NCBI GenBank assembly: GCA_964390105.1 | Contig: CAYMGV010000001.1 | Coordinates: 66,002 to 130,001, forward strand | DNA from: an uncultured Anaerolineae bacterium | GTDB lineage: Bacteria; Chloroflexota; Anaerolineae; Aggregatilineales; UBA3940 | Direction of reading: 5' to 3' | DNA length: 64,000 nucleotides | In this document: in pieces, positions 28,170-39,095 of the stretch | How the letters are laid out: each line of letters starts with the position of its first letter | How positions within the stretch are numbered: the stretch's first letter is position 1 | Notes under the pieces: generated by a model | The model's database searches: none | Told to the model about the DNA's origin: nothing | Seen by the model: only the letters and a program-made list of their open reading frames with translations | Program-made: the position numbers and the translations under genes

Positions 28170-30041
28170 TTAGCGCAGCAGCCGTACGTCGCCATCGCGG
28201 CGCGTCATACCGACCGCGTCGAGATACTCCAGCAGGGCCAACATATACTTGCGCGTACTGCCAAACAGGTCACGGGCTTCAGCTACCGTGATCGATCCAT
28301 GTTCGGCAAGGTATTCACGCACGCGTGCAGCCAGCCAGTCATACGTGTCACTCGTATACACCACTGACGTGGTGACCGGCTTGAGTACGCCCATACTCAC
28401 CAGCGCCTCGTACACATCCTCACCAAGTTCAGTTTTGATACCAGGGATCGATGGTGTATTGACCGGGTCACCCGTCATACGCGCCAGCAGCGCGTCAATG
28501 GCGGTCTGCTGAGCTTCGCTGAACCGTATTTCGAACCCTGTAAGCCGAACCAGTGCGCCATCAAGAACCAATTTGCCGTCTTCAGCCAGCCGGTTCAGCA
28601 ACAGTGGATATGCCCGCCCAGGGATTTGAAGCTGACTGCGCAACCCCTCACGTGGCATACCGGGCCGCAGCGGATACCCGGCATGATAGCCCCTGACCGC
28701 GTCCAGCATCTGCTCCAGCATTGCATTGAGCCGCGACGCCCCGGCATATAACCCCGGGGACAGCTCGACAAGCGCATTGTTGGTCAGCAGCGCAGCAACT
28801 GCTTCGTGTAGTGAATCTTGGTTCAGCGATAAAAGTGCCTGCAGATCATCTATGCCGCAAAGCAACTTTCCTGAAACTGCCTGTAAGATCAGGTCTTCCG
28901 GAGTGCCCGAGGCCAGCGTTTCAAACCGTCCAAGCACCTCGGGTTTGAAACGCCGCCAGCGATGCGTGGGGGAAGAATCGAGAATCACGCCCCCACCAAT
29001 GGTCTGTGCCGGGGACGGTATACGCAGGATAAAACGGTCCCCTTTGGCAACGGTGACAGGCTTCTCAAGATGCAGTTGCAGCCAGCCGGTCTCGCCGGGC
29101 AGCAGCTGCTCATCCCCCACCAGCCGAACACGCGCCAGCACTTCCGCCGCCCCGGTGAAGAATTTGACTTCCATATTGTGACGCAGCGGCAGTGTGCCAT
29201 CAGGCAGATAGTCAAACGAGGCATCCAGCAGACGGGTTGATGGATAAAGCCCGGTGACGGTCAGCACATCCCCACGCCGAATGTCTTCGGTAGCAACACC
29301 ACTCAGGTTAACTGCAACCCGGCTGCCCGGCACAGCGTGATCCAGTGATTCCTGGTGAGTTTGCAGCCCCCGCACCCGTGCCGGAAGCCCAACAGGTTCA
29401 ATTGACACCTCATCGCCAACACGCAGCCGCCCATCCAGCAGCGTGCCGGTCACTACAGTGCCAAACCCGCTGATGGTAAACACACGGTCGATGGGCAGCC
29501 GGGGCCGCGCCATATCGGGGCGTGGCGGGCTGGCGGCCAGTGCTGACGCCAGCGCAGTGATCAGGTCCGGTAGCCCGGCACCTGTGCGCGCGGATACGGG
29601 CAGCACGGGGGCACCCGCCAACCGGGTGTCCTCAAGCAGCGCCATGACATCAAGCGTGACGAGGTCCAGCCATTCAGGGTCTTCAACCAGATCCGTCTTG
29701 GTCAGCACGACGATAGCGTTACTGACATCCAGCAAATGCAGGATCGCGAGATGTTCACGTGTCTGGGGCATAATGCCTTCATCGGCAGCAATCACCAGCA
29801 GCGCAAGGTCGATGCTGCCCACACCGGCGAGCATATTCTCAATGAAGTCGCGGTGACCCGGCACATCGACCACACCGACAGCCTGCTCATCAGGCAGAGT
29901 CAGCCACGCAAAGCCCAGGTCGATGGTCATCTCGCGGGCTTTTTCCTCAGCCAGCCGATCAGGGTCAATGCCGGTAAGCGCCTGCACCAGCGTCGATTTA
30001 CCGTGGTCTACATGCCCGGCAGTACCAATGACATAGGTCAT
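28170..30041 (-). CDS. selB: Selenocysteine-specific translation elongation factor SelB
   Basis: The start is at the ATG 30041 ([24 protein letters not shown]). GTPase motifs DVPGH and TKTDL are present, followed by beta-barrel domains and C-terminal winged-helix repeats ending '...[27 protein letters not shown]'. The 72-codon N-terminal extension in the track ORF overlaps the upstream gene and is rejected. Confidence 0.9.
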   Translation of the reverse strand: MTYVIGTAGHVDHGKSTLVQALTGIDPDRLAEEKAREMTIDLGFAWLTLPDEQAVGVVDVPGHRDFIENMLAGVGSIDLALLVIAADEGIMPQTREHLAILHLLDVSNAIVVLTKTDLVEDPEWLDLVTLDVMALLEDTRLAGAPVLPVSARTGAGLPDLITALASALAASPPRPDMARPRLPIDRVFTISGFGTVVTGTLLDGRLRVGDEVSIEPVGLPARVRGLQTHQESLDHAVPGSRVAVNLSGVATEDIRRGDVLTVTGLYPSTRLLDASFDYLPDGTLPLRHNMEVKFFTGAAEVLARVRLVGDEQLLPGETGWLQLHLEKPVTVAKGDRFILRIPSPAQTIGGGVILDSSPTHRWRRFKPEVLGRFETLASGTPEDLILQAVSGKLLCGIDDLQALLSLNQDSLHEAVAALLTNNALVELSPGLYAGASRLNAMLEQMLDAVRGYHAGYPLRPGMPREGLRSQLQIPGRAYPLLLNRLAEDGKLVLDGALVRLTGFEIRFSEAQQTAIDALLARMTGDPVNTPSIPGIKTELGEDVYEALVSMGVLKPVTTSVVYTSDTYDWLAARVREYLAEHGSITVAEARDLFGSTRKYMLALLEYLDAVGMTRRDGDVRLLR

Positions 30042-30048
30042 GGGCGGG

Positions 30049-31218
30049 TCAACCCAGGCCGGGCAGAGAAGCTGCCGTATCGTCAAAGTCCTCGACATTG
30101 GACTGGATGTGTTCACTGAGGGCGCGCAGATAGGTGCGCTGGAACTGGCGCAGCATCTGCACGTTTTCAAGCAGGCTTTGAACCTTTTCGCCAGTTTGTG
30201 CCATGCGACTTTGCAGGTCTTCGAGCAGTTTTTCGTTTTCACGCCAGGCTTCTTCATTGGTCAGCGTGAACTGGCGCAGCCGGCGCTGATCCTCCTGCAG
30301 GAACTCCTCCCATTCGCGGCGGAAACGGTCCTCGGAGAGGCGCTGCACCTCGGAGACCTCGTTGACGCGGCGGTCCACACGGTCCACCAGCCGCTCAAAA
30401 TCGTCCACATGCTTCTTCATCAGGCGGTGAGTTTCGCTCCAGTTCTCAACCAGGCGGGCCTGCGCCTCCATCTCCTCGACGAAGCTGTCAATGCGACGCT
30501 TCATTTCATCGACCAACTGCTCGCGCTGCTGATCGACGATGGCATTCTGTTCCAGCCAATCTCGCCGCTCCTGCTTAACCTGGTCAATGGCTTCACTTAC
30601 TTCACCAACAGTACGCTCGTTCCGGCGGCTCAGCCCTTCAAGCAGGTCAATTTTGGTCTCAAAGGCATCGTACTTCTTGAGGCTTTCGGTCAGCTCCGTG
30701 ATCCGGCGGGCATCGGAGCGGCGCTGTTCCTCGAGGAAGCCCAGTGTATGCTCGAACTCCTCAAAGCTCTTACTGAGGTTATCGGCATAGTTTTGCAGCT
30801 CAAATGCCACGCGGGAAAGACGCTCCTCCTCGGCACGACGCGGCTGAAGCTCGCGCTCGATGCGGGTCAGCATCTCCTGCCGGAGGTCGTTGATGGCTTT
30901 TTGCAGGCTGTCGCGGTCGGCATCCCGCATCTTCTTAAGTTCCTGGCTGGTGGAGGACCGCCGCACCTCAGCCTGTTCCAGTGAACTGGTGAGTTCATTA
31001 CGCAGCCGAGTGCTGCTCTCATCGACGAACTGCACCGTGGCGTATTTGTTTTTCAGCCCGGTCAGCTCTGCTTCAAGCGCCACCAGCCGCCGCGTCTGAT
31101 CCTCGATCAGCGCGTTCTGTGACCCGACACGATCTTCAAGTTTGGTGATCAGCGCCTTATCCTTGCGGCGCTCCTCATCGAGCCATGTCACCATTTTGGC
31201 TGTCTGGTTGGCTTCCAT
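30049..31218 (-). CDS. Hypothetical all-coiled-coil protein
   Basis: 389 aa, E/R/K/L-rich with heptad-like periodicity throughout and no TM segment. Its stop codon is 7 nt upstream of the selB start. Confidence 0.6.
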   Translation of the reverse strand: MEANQTAKMVTWLDEERRKDKALITKLEDRVGSQNALIEDQTRRLVALEAELTGLKNKYATVQFVDESSTRLRNELTSSLEQAEVRRSSTSQELKKMRDADRDSLQKAINDLRQEMLTRIERELQPRRAEEERLSRVAFELQNYADNLSKSFEEFEHTLGFLEEQRRSDARRITELTESLKKYDAFETKIDLLEGLSRRNERTVGEVSEAIDQVKQERRDWLEQNAIVDQQREQLVDEMKRRIDSFVEEMEAQARLVENWSETHRLMKKHVDDFERLVDRVDRRVNEVSEVQRLSEDRFRREWEEFLQEDQRRLRQFTLTNEEAWRENEKLLEDLQSRMAQTGEKVQSLLENVQMLRQFQRTYLRALSEHIQSNVEDFDDTAASLPGLG

Positions 31219-31511
31219 GCTGCTAACTCCTGGTTCCCATGTGAGATGACGTCATTCTAGCGCATCATGCGCCCGGTATCACGCCGCATGACGATGCCGT
31301 ATTGCCATGCCCCTATCGTATCACTATACTTAAAATGGACACACACATACAAGAACCGTTTGATAACACTCACTCCTGAGTGTAGCGTTACGGTTCAAGG
31401 CTGATTTAACCGCATAAACAAAGATAGACAACTGCCAAGGTCACTGGCGGGCTGTATATTGCTGTTCACTGCGGGGCCAACCACAACCACCCTGTTTAAG
31501 GAGGAGCCAAA

Positions 31512-33239
31512 ATGACTAGTTACCAGGATCGCCCGTGGATAAAAAACTACGATACGGGCATCCCCGCTGATGCGGAATTCCCCAATGTCCCTGTGTATGG
31601 CATCCTGGACGATGCTGTTGCCAACCACCCTGACCGCGCCGCGCTGGTGGCATCCGCTGACCTGCCGCTTGTTGGGCGTAAGGGTCAGGCAGTTTCATTC
31701 AAGGAGCTTGGCGAAGCCTCGGACAGTATCGCTGCCGCGCTGGTGGCGATGGGCTTGAAGAAAGGTGACCGCGTCGCCATTGTCGGCCCGAACTCGGTTC
31801 AGTTTGTCGTGGCATGGTGGGCTGTTCTGAAAGCCGGTGGCATCGTCGTCGCACTCAACCCGTCCTTCCCGCCGGAAAAATGGAAGGACCAGATCAACGA
31901 TTCCGGGGCCCGGATAGCCGTCTCCATGACCCTGTTCTACGACGCCCTGAACAGCGTTCGTGATGAGACCAGCCTGGAAAAGGCAATCGTTTATAACATT
32001 AAAGAGTACCTGCCGCCATTGGCACGCACCCTGTTTACACTTGCCAAGGAAAAGAAGGAAGGCCATTACGTCGAGAGCCTTCGCCCCGGTGATATGTGGT
32101 ACCAGGATGCGGTGACGACGTATCCGCCTTCACAACGCCCGCAGATCGATATCAACCCCGTCGAAGATACCGCGATCTTCCAGTACACTGGCGGCACTAC
32201 CGGCTTCCCCAAGGCGGCACGAAGCCCGCACCGTGCGCTGGTCGCCAATGCCTATATGATGAAGGTATGGTTGGGTCAAGGCGATGATGCCCTGATGGGT
32301 GCGATTCCGTTCTTCCATGTCTATGGCATGGTGGCGGTCATGATCTTCGCGGCAGCTATTGAGCAGACCATTTACCTATGCCCCAACGCCCGTGACATCG
32401 ACGATGTCATCAATATTATCGACCACTATAAACCGACCCTGTTCCACGCCGTCCCGGCGTTGTACAACGCCATCAACAATCACCCGGATGTAATGTCCGG
32501 TAAGGTTGACCTGACCTCGATTCGTGGCTGCATCAGTGGTTCAGCGCCGCTGCCATCCGAGGTCAAGCGCCGGTTTGAGGAGATCACCGGCAGTGTGGTG
32601 ATGGAGGGCTTCGGTATGAGCGAGTGCCCAACCGCCACGCACTGCAACCCGATGCAGGGTAACAACAAGACCGGCTCAATCGGTATGCCGCTGCCGGGTG
32701 TTAAGTGCCGCATTGTCAGTCTCGACGACGAAGTCTCCGATGTCGGCATTGGTGAGGTTGGTGAGCTGCTGATCCAGTCACCTAATCTGATGACCGGTTA
32801 TCACAACATGCCCACCGAAACCGCTAATGCGCTGCGCGACGGCTGGCTGTACACCGGTGACATCGCTCGTATGGATGAAGAAGGCTACTTCTACATCGTT
32901 GACCGCAAGAAGGATATGGTGCTTGTGGGTGGGTTCAACACCTACCCGAACCAGATCGAAGAATACCTGATGACACACCCGGCCATCCTTGAATGTGGTG
33001 TGGCCGGTATCCCGCATCCTGAAAAGCCGGGGCAGGAAGCCCTTAAGGCGTGGATCGTGGTCAAGCCTGACCAGTCACTGACAAGGGAAGACCTGATTGC
33101 ATTCTGCGAGAAGAAGCTGGCGAAGTATGAAATCCCGCGCCGCATGGAATTTGTCGATGCCATCCCGCGTTCAGCTGTGGGTAAAATTCTGCGCCGTGAG
33201 CTGATCCGCATGGAGATGGAAACCCGCGAGGGTGCATAG
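31512..33239 (+). CDS. fadD: Long-chain fatty acid--CoA ligase (AMP-dependent synthetase/ligase family)
   Basis: 575 aa. AMP-binding motif 'IFQYTGGTTGFPKAA', 'GYHNMP', 'YTGDIARMDEEGYFYIVDRKKD' and a terminal 'GKILRREL'. An AGGAGG RBS lies upstream. Confidence 0.88.
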   Translation: MTSYQDRPWIKNYDTGIPADAEFPNVPVYGILDDAVANHPDRAALVASADLPLVGRKGQAVSFKELGEASDSIAAALVAMGLKKGDRVAIVGPNSVQFVVAWWAVLKAGGIVVALNPSFPPEKWKDQINDSGARIAVSMTLFYDALNSVRDETSLEKAIVYNIKEYLPPLARTLFTLAKEKKEGHYVESLRPGDMWYQDAVTTYPPSQRPQIDINPVEDTAIFQYTGGTTGFPKAARSPHRALVANAYMMKVWLGQGDDALMGAIPFFHVYGMVAVMIFAAAIEQTIYLCPNARDIDDVINIIDHYKPTLFHAVPALYNAINNHPDVMSGKVDLTSIRGCISGSAPLPSEVKRRFEEITGSVVMEGFGMSECPTATHCNPMQGNNKTGSIGMPLPGVKCRIVSLDDEVSDVGIGEVGELLIQSPNLMTGYHNMPTETANALRDGWLYTGDIARMDEEGYFYIVDRKKDMVLVGGFNTYPNQIEEYLMTHPAILECGVAGIPHPEKPGQEALKAWIVVKPDQSLTREDLIAFCEKKLAKYEIPRRMEFVDAIPRSAVGKILRRELIRMEMETREGA

Positions 33240-33261
33240 CCGTTTTTTTGCTGTGACCGCA

Positions 33262-33300
33262 AACGGGGGAGCCGGATGGCTCCCCCGTTGTTTGTTGTGT
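33262..33300 (+). terminator. Intrinsic terminator after fadD
   Basis: AACGGGGGAGCC (33262-73), loop GGAT, GGCTCCCCCGTT (33278-89), then GTTTGTTGTGTTT. Confidence 0.8.
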
Positions 33301-33321
33301 TTCCCGTTCCCGCGCTGCCCG

Positions 33322-35271
33322 CTATGCCGGTGACGGTGCGGGCGGCATGTCGAGGTTATCGGAGATGCCCTGCGTGGCTTCCGGCTCCTCGTCTTCCTCG
33401 TCCCCACTGCCAACCGTATCCAGCCAGTCCGTGCCGATGTCTGACGGTTCGGGCATAGCCTCACCATTCATAACCGCCTCGAACTGTACGCGGGTCAGCG
33501 TCTCGACGGTCAGCAGTGCCTGGGCCACCGCCTCAAGCTGCTCACGGTTATCTGTCATAACCTGGCGGCCACGCTCATATGCCTCGCTAACAATGCGGCG
33601 CACCTCGCTATCGATCTCCTCGGCGACGGCCTCGCTGTAATCGCGCTGCTCACCGATCTCGCGTCCCAGGAAAACCATCTCCTGCTTCTGGCCGAAGGTC
33701 ATTGGGCCGAGCTTATCGCTCATGCCGTAACGGGTCACCATATCCCGCGCCAGCTTGGACACCTTCTCAAGGTCACTGCTGGCCCCGGTGGTGATCTGGT
33801 CGAAGATCAGCACCTCCGCGATGCGACCACCCAGCGCCACAACGATCTCATCCAGCAGCTTCTCACGTGAGTAGTACCAGATCTCATCCTTGAGTGGCAT
33901 CATGTAACCGCCAGCCATGCCTCGCGGCACGATGGTTACCTTGAGTACCGGGTCAGCATAGGGGAGCAGATGGGAGAGCATGGCATGCCCGGCCTCATGA
34001 TAGGCCGTCACCTTGCGCTCCTCCTCCTTGATGATACGGCTGCGGCGTTCCGGCCCGGCCATGATGCGCTCAATGGCCTCCTGGAACTCCGCCATATTGA
34101 TGGTCTTCTTGTTACGCCGGGCCGCCAGGATGGCCGCCTCATTGACCATGTTTTCGAGGTCCGCACCGACAAATCCCGGGGTGGCCCGTGCCAGCACCTT
34201 GAGGTCCACATCGGTGCCAATGGGCTTGCCAAGCACATGCACCGCCAGGATTTCCTCACGGCCTCCCACATCGGGGCGATCAAGGATCACACGGCGGTCG
34301 AAGCGCCCGGGGCGCAGCAGCGCCGGGTCAAGGATGTCCGGGCGGTTGGTCGCCGCGATGATGATCACGTTAGTATCCGTGTCAAAGCCATCCATTTCGA
34401 CGAGAATCTGGTTAAGAGTCTGTTCACGCTCGTCATGGGAGCCGCCCAGGCCTGCACCACGCTGACGCCCGACCGCATCCACCTCGTCGATGAACACGAT
34501 ACACGGGCTGTGACGCTTGGCCTGCTCAAACAGGTCACGCACACGGGAAGCACCCACACCGACGAACATCTCCACAAATTCGGAGCCGGAAATCGAGAAG
34601 AAGGGGACGCCAGCCTCGCCACTGACGGCTTTTGCCATCAGGGTTTTACCGGTCCCCGGGGCGCCAACCAGCAGCACACCCTTAGGGATGCGTGCGCCCA
34701 ATTGGATGAACTTGGCCGGTTCCTGCAGGAACTCAACAACCTCGGTCAGTTCTTCCTTGGCTTCGTCACACCCGGCCACATCATCAAACGTGACGGTGGG
34801 CTTCTCGCCTGTAAACATTCGGGCTTTGCTTTTGCCGAATGACATGGCCTGGTTGTTACTGCCCTGCGCCTGGCGCATCATGAAGAAGATCACCCCGACC
34901 ACGATCAGCAATGGCAAAATCCACATCGCGATCATGAAGACGCCGTCCCATCTGGCGGCCTGTTCGTTCATCCACTCGATCTCGGCAAGCTCTTCGGTGG
35001 TGACCCCCAGTTCTATAAGCTGCTGCGGGGCCGTCGCGCCGGGGTCCTTGGTCGCGGTGACGGTCTCCTCGTTGGTCAGCAGGATGGTCAGTTTATTTGA
35101 ATCGGAGACGCGGACTTCCTCGATGCGACCTTCGGCTGCCGCCACCGCGACATCCGTCATAGACCACTCCTCGGAGGGTTCTTCACGCCCGATGGTGCTG
35201 TACACAATAGCGACAATAGCCAGGATGATCAGTAAATACACAAACCCCTGGCGTAATCGTGATGAATTCAC
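33322..35271 (-). CDS. ftsH: ATP-dependent zinc metalloprotease FtsH
   Basis: 649 aa with two N-terminal TM helices, AAA+ Walker A 'GAPGTGKTL', Walker B 'IVFIDEVD', SRH, and the zinc site 'HEAGHA'. Confidence 0.97.
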   Translation of the reverse strand: MNSSRLRQGFVYLLIILAIVAIVYSTIGREEPSEEWSMTDVAVAAAEGRIEEVRVSDSNKLTILLTNEETVTATKDPGATAPQQLIELGVTTEELAEIEWMNEQAARWDGVFMIAMWILPLLIVVGVIFFMMRQAQGSNNQAMSFGKSKARMFTGEKPTVTFDDVAGCDEAKEELTEVVEFLQEPAKFIQLGARIPKGVLLVGAPGTGKTLMAKAVSGEAGVPFFSISGSEFVEMFVGVGASRVRDLFEQAKRHSPCIVFIDEVDAVGRQRGAGLGGSHDEREQTLNQILVEMDGFDTDTNVIIIAATNRPDILDPALLRPGRFDRRVILDRPDVGGREEILAVHVLGKPIGTDVDLKVLARATPGFVGADLENMVNEAAILAARRNKKTINMAEFQEAIERIMAGPERRSRIIKEEERKVTAYHEAGHAMLSHLLPYADPVLKVTIVPRGMAGGYMMPLKDEIWYYSREKLLDEIVVALGGRIAEVLIFDQITTGASSDLEKVSKLARDMVTRYGMSDKLGPMTFGQKQEMVFLGREIGEQRDYSEAVAEEIDSEVRRIVSEAYERGRQVMTDNREQLEAVAQALLTVETLTRVQFEAVMNGEAMPEPSDIGTDWLDTVGSGDEEDEEPEATQGISDNLDMPPAPSPA

Positions 35272-35408
35272 GCGAATTCACTCCCATATAACACTTGCGG
35301 CGCAAGAGCGCCGCATGGCGAATATTGCAGTTCACTTACGATAAGTATACCAAATGGGCAAAAGCCTCAACAACGTAGCCTGGGCTTCTTACAGCGTTCT
35401 TATGCAGC

Positions 35409-36701
35409 CTAGCGCGTAAATGTGATGAAGACGAACACCCACAGCGGCACCAAACCCAGCACTGCGATGGCCGTCAGCACCCCCAGCACAATGTTCTCAA
35501 TATCGACGCCGGGCAGCAGCCCCTCTTCTTCCCCTGGTGGGGCAGTATCATAGGCTGGCGCTGTTGCCCCTTCAGGATAGCCCCGCTGATCGTAGGTACT
35601 GCTGCGCCCGCGCGCCCGGTAGAGTGCCGCCGCAGGATCTGTGGCCGGGAGGCCCGGTAGTGTGTAATCACTTGATGATGCCCGAACGGGTTCCTCACGC
35701 TGGGGCCGCTGATCATTGCCGTACCCGGCCTCATATGGATCATCCATGTGCGGCTGCGTCATGTCACCATCAGGCGCGGCTTCCTGCCGGGGGGGTGAAG
35801 ACGGGGTTGAATCGACCTGGACCGGCGGCATTTTACTCATTGATTCCTGCACCTCAAACGATGATGTCTGATGCAGGCCGCGATCCCGGTAGGATTTCAG
35901 GATGCGCCCCAACTGGTCACCTGTGCGGTAACGGTTGGACGGCTCTTTGTCCATCACCTTACGGATGATGCGGTCCAGCTCCACCGGCAGCGATGGATCA
36001 ATATCAAGGATAGAGGGCGGTGTCTGCTGAAGATGCGCCATCGCCAGATCATGATAATTTGCCCCTGTAAATGGCAGCCGCCCGGTCAGCAGTTCAAACA
36101 GCACAATGCCGATTGAGTACACATCAGAGGCCGGGGTCGGCGGTTCCCCGGCGGCTTGCTCTGGCGAGAAGTAATGTGGGCTGCCCCACACCAGTTCTTC
36201 TTTCTCGGCCTTGCCACCGCTGAGAGCCCGCGCGATACCAAAATCTGCCACCTTGATCATCTTATCCGGGGTCATCAGGATATTCTGCGGCTTGATGTCA
36301 CAGTGGACCAGTTCGGCCCGGTGTGCGTAGCCGACGCCCTTGCAGGATTCAATGGCAACGGCCAACGCGCCGTCCACATCAAGTGCGCCCTGAGCCCGCA
36401 GTATTTGCTTGAGGTTCTGGCCTCGAATGTACTCCATCACAATATAATGTGTGCTGGGGCCATCCTGGCCCACATCATGTACCATAACGATGTTGGGATG
36501 GGCCAGCTTTGCCGCTGACCGGGCCTCGCGTTTAAAGCGAGTCAGGAACTCAGGGTCACCAACGAGACTGGGGCGCAGCACCTTAATGGCGACCTGCCGC
36601 TCCAGTTCAAGGTCCTGCCCGCGATAGATGACGGCCATGCCGCCCGCGCCAATCTGCTCGATCAGCCGATAGCGATCATTGAGGATGGGGTTCTCTGCCA
36701 T
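35409..36701 (-). CDS. Ser/Thr protein kinase (Hanks type) with C-terminal membrane anchor
   Basis: 430 aa. 'GAGGMAVIYRG', 'VAIKVL', 'HCDIKPQNIL', 'DFGIA' and 'GSPHYFSPEQ'. There is a Pro-rich linker and a terminal TM helix (LGVLTAIAVLGLVPLWVFVFI). Confidence 0.92.
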   Translation of the reverse strand: MAENPILNDRYRLIEQIGAGGMAVIYRGQDLELERQVAIKVLRPSLVGDPEFLTRFKREARSAAKLAHPNIVMVHDVGQDGPSTHYIVMEYIRGQNLKQILRAQGALDVDGALAVAIESCKGVGYAHRAELVHCDIKPQNILMTPDKMIKVADFGIARALSGGKAEKEELVWGSPHYFSPEQAAGEPPTPASDVYSIGIVLFELLTGRLPFTGANYHDLAMAHLQQTPPSILDIDPSLPVELDRIIRKVMDKEPSNRYRTGDQLGRILKSYRDRGLHQTSSFEVQESMSKMPPVQVDSTPSSPPRQEAAPDGDMTQPHMDDPYEAGYGNDQRPQREEPVRASSSDYTLPGLPATDPAAALYRARGRSSTYDQRGYPEGATAPAYDTAPPGEEEGLLPGVDIENIVLGVLTAIAVLGLVPLWVFVFITFTR

Positions 36702-36749
36702 TACAAGGTCCTTTTGATGATGATGGTCACAACCCGGTGTCAGATAGTC

Positions 36750-37187
36750 TTATACCAATCCGCCCGCGGCGTCCAGCCCTGCGGTAAGTTTATCGAGCCA
36801 TGCGGCGGGGATGCGCTGTACTTGCCCGGCACGGTTAACGCAGATATGGCGCGTGTACCCTGAAACCAGCACAGTCTCATCCGAACCGAGAATTTCATAG
36901 CCGAAGGTGATACCCCGGCTGCCCATCTTCTCGACCCAGCAGCCTACCATGAGGGCTTGATCATACACCGCCGGGGCCGCGTAGCGCGCGTTGACTTGCG
37001 CCACCGCGAGCGAGTAGCCCATCTCCTCCAGGTCAGCATACGGTGCGCCGACCTCGCGCGAAAAGTGGCTGCGGCCTTCCTCAAAGTACACGATATACGC
37101 AGCATGATGCACAATGCCCATCATGTCGGTTTCGGCAAAGCGGACGCGCAGGGGAGCCTTTGAAACGTACCGGTCGGCAGGCGGCAT
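36750..37187 (-). CDS. Acyl-CoA thioesterase, 4HBT/YbgC-like hotdog fold
   Basis: 145 aa with 'VRFAETDMMGIVHHAAYIVYFEEGR', typical of the YbgC/4HBT family. It starts 4 nt downstream of the CoA-transferase beta gene. Confidence 0.8.
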   Translation of the reverse strand: MPPADRYVSKAPLRVRFAETDMMGIVHHAAYIVYFEEGRSHFSREVGAPYADLEEMGYSLAVAQVNARYAAPAVYDQALMVGCWVEKMGSRGITFGYEILGSDETVLVSGYTRHICVNRAGQVQRIPAAWLDKLTAGLDAAGGLV

Positions 37188-37191
37188 GATT

Positions 37192-38022
37192 TTACAGCAC
37201 TCCTTCTTTTTGAAGTATCTCGCGGATCAGGTTTTTACGGGCCTGCCCGCCGAGGATTTCCAGCTTGCGGATGCCCAGCGGATCGATCTCCTCGCGCAGC
37301 AGGCGGAGTTCTTCGGCGGTGGGTAGTTCCGTCTCCCCCCAGCGGTCGGCAAAGGCCAGTTCAAAGCCGGTCTTGCGCTGAACCCGTTCCGGTTTCACGC
37401 CGGGATGCAGCGAGGTTACGCGCATCCGGCCCGCGGCCCAGTCGAACTGACCCAGATCGGTGATAGCGTAGACGGGGCCATTCCCGCGCCTGCGGTCAGG
37501 GTGATCATGCCCCATACCGGAGATGAAATCCAGCGTCTCAACAAAGGTCACCTTGGAGTGACGCGGTACATAGATGTAGACGCGCTCCGAGAATGTGGAC
37601 ACATCCGGGATACCGCCGACACCGGGCAGCCGTACGAAAGGGCGATTGTAGTCGGTGCCAAACGCGATGTTGTTAAAGTTGCCCTGCTGATCAATCTGCC
37701 CCGGACGAAAAAACTCGGTGGGCGCAAACGAAGGCAGGACCTCTGTTGCGGCGGAAACGAACCCACCGACTATCATGGCCTTGCTCAGCCATAAATCCTC
37801 AATGCGAGCCAGCCCCAGCGGTGCCCAGTCCTGGCACAGCGACTGACCAATTGCCGAGGCAAAGCGCAGGTTGGGGGCGTGAGTAAGCCTGGCGAGCAGA
37901 TACCCCGCCGCCACCAACGGTGTCGCGAGGCCCTGCGCCACCAGTTCACCATCGGTGATCTGATGGGCAATACACACGCTCATGATCTCATCAACTGTGG
38001 GTTCCATCTGCGATGTATCCAT
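37192..38022 (-). CDS. CoA-transferase subunit beta (glutaconate/3-oxoacid CoA-transferase family I, B subunit)
   Basis: Family-I B-subunit-like sequence ('GQIDQQGNFNN', 'LPGVGGIPD', 'ITDLGQFDW'). The ATG at 38022 (MDTSQMEPT...) is preferred over the TTG at 38085 used by the track. Confidence 0.75.
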   Translation of the reverse strand: MDTSQMEPTVDEIMSVCIAHQITDGELVAQGLATPLVAAGYLLARLTHAPNLRFASAIGQSLCQDWAPLGLARIEDLWLSKAMIVGGFVSAATEVLPSFAPTEFFRPGQIDQQGNFNNIAFGTDYNRPFVRLPGVGGIPDVSTFSERVYIYVPRHSKVTFVETLDFISGMGHDHPDRRRGNGPVYAITDLGQFDWAAGRMRVTSLHPGVKPERVQRKTGFELAFADRWGETELPTAEELRLLREEIDPLGIRKLEILGGQARKNLIREILQKEGVL

Positions 38023-38162
38023 GCTCCGCTGCCCTGTACCTGTTGCCAGTCGCCTTATTGTATGACTGCCGCCGGGTCGAGGCAACAGGACGATGTTTGC
38101 GGCGCTTAACAGGCTGGATTAGACTCCTCACAGAACCATCATTTCAAGGAAAGTAGCCCATC

Positions 38163-39095
38163 ATGAGCGAATCCGACCGCGCCCGAGCGGTGATACTGGG
38201 GCTGGCGCTGGGCGACGCCCTCGGCTGGCCGATACAGTTCCTCTCGATGCCCAAGATCAAGGTTATCTACGGTGAGGAGGGCATCCAGGAACCACCCGAC
38301 CCCGCCGAATTCACCGATGACACCCAGATGTCCATCGCCCTCGCTCGCGCGCTGGTTGAGGCCGGGGATGCAGACATCGATACGCTGATGGGTGCCTTCC
38401 GTAAACACCTGCTGGAGTGGTACAACTCCCCCGATAACAACCGGGCGGCAGGTATCACCGTCACAGAAGCATGCCGCAACCTTGCGGCGGGTATCCCGTG
38501 GCGCGAAACCGGTGACCCACACGCCCGTGGCGGTGGCTCCGTGAACCGTGTTGCACCGATTGGCTACCTGTATCAGCACGATCCTGACCGCCTGCGCGTA
38601 GTAGCTGAAGCCACAGGCACAGCAACCCATGCCAACCCCATCGCTAACGCAGCCAGCATCTCAGCCGCATATGCCGTCAAACTGGCGCTGGATGACGTGA
38701 ACCCCGAAACCTACCTGGGCCAATGTCTCGCATTCACCGACGGCATCGCCGAGGACTTCGATATCACTATGCTGCGCGTTGGTCACGCCATCGCATGGAC
38801 GGATGAAATGGCCGCCCTGATGCATATTGGCAGTGGCTGGATTGCGGATGAGACGATTGCTATGGCGCTCTACTGCGTGATGCGCTACCCCGATGACTAC
38901 AGCGGTGCCATCCAGCGGGCCGTGAACCACAAAGGGGCTTCCGATTCGATTGGCTGTGTGACGGGTGGCATCATGGGGGCACGGTTGGGGGTGGATAGCA
39001 TCCCTGCGAAATGGATACTGCGCCTTGAGCGCCATGAGGAATTGCTCGAACTGGCCGATCAGCTGGCCCGTAAAAAGCAGGAGATGTACGGATGA
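38163..39095 (+). CDS. ADP-ribosylglycohydrolase family protein
   Basis: 310 aa. N-terminus 'RARAVILGLALGDALGWP', 'FTDDTQMSIALA' and C-terminal 'GASDSIGCVTGGIMGA', which are hallmarks of the DraG/ARH fold. Confidence 0.85.
   Translation: MSESDRARAVILGLALGDALGWPIQFLSMPKIKVIYGEEGIQEPPDPAEFTDDTQMSIALARALVEAGDADIDTLMGAFRKHLLEWYNSPDNNRAAGITVTEACRNLAAGIPWRETGDPHARGGGSVNRVAPIGYLYQHDPDRLRVVAEATGTATHANPIANAASISAAYAVKLALDDVNPETYLGQCLAFTDGIAEDFDITMLRVGHAIAWTDEMAALMHIGSGWIADETIAMALYCVMRYPDDYSGAIQRAVNHKGASDSIGCVTGGIMGARLGVDSIPAKWILRLERHEELLELADQLARKKQEMYG

Noticed and set aside
28128-28260. Possible TGA (Sec) read-through of the 27888 frame, given its position next to selB
   Set aside because: Read-through would run antisense into selB with a non-protein-like sequence. 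The -1 frame gives a far better TM-helix continuation.
30042-30257. 72-codon N-terminal extension of the selB ORF in the track (MKKPGVKTKNCSK...)
   Set aside because: It overlaps the 3' end of the coiled-coil gene and is Cys/Lys-rich nonsense. The canonical EF N-terminus ([16 protein letters not shown]) begins at the ATG at 30041.
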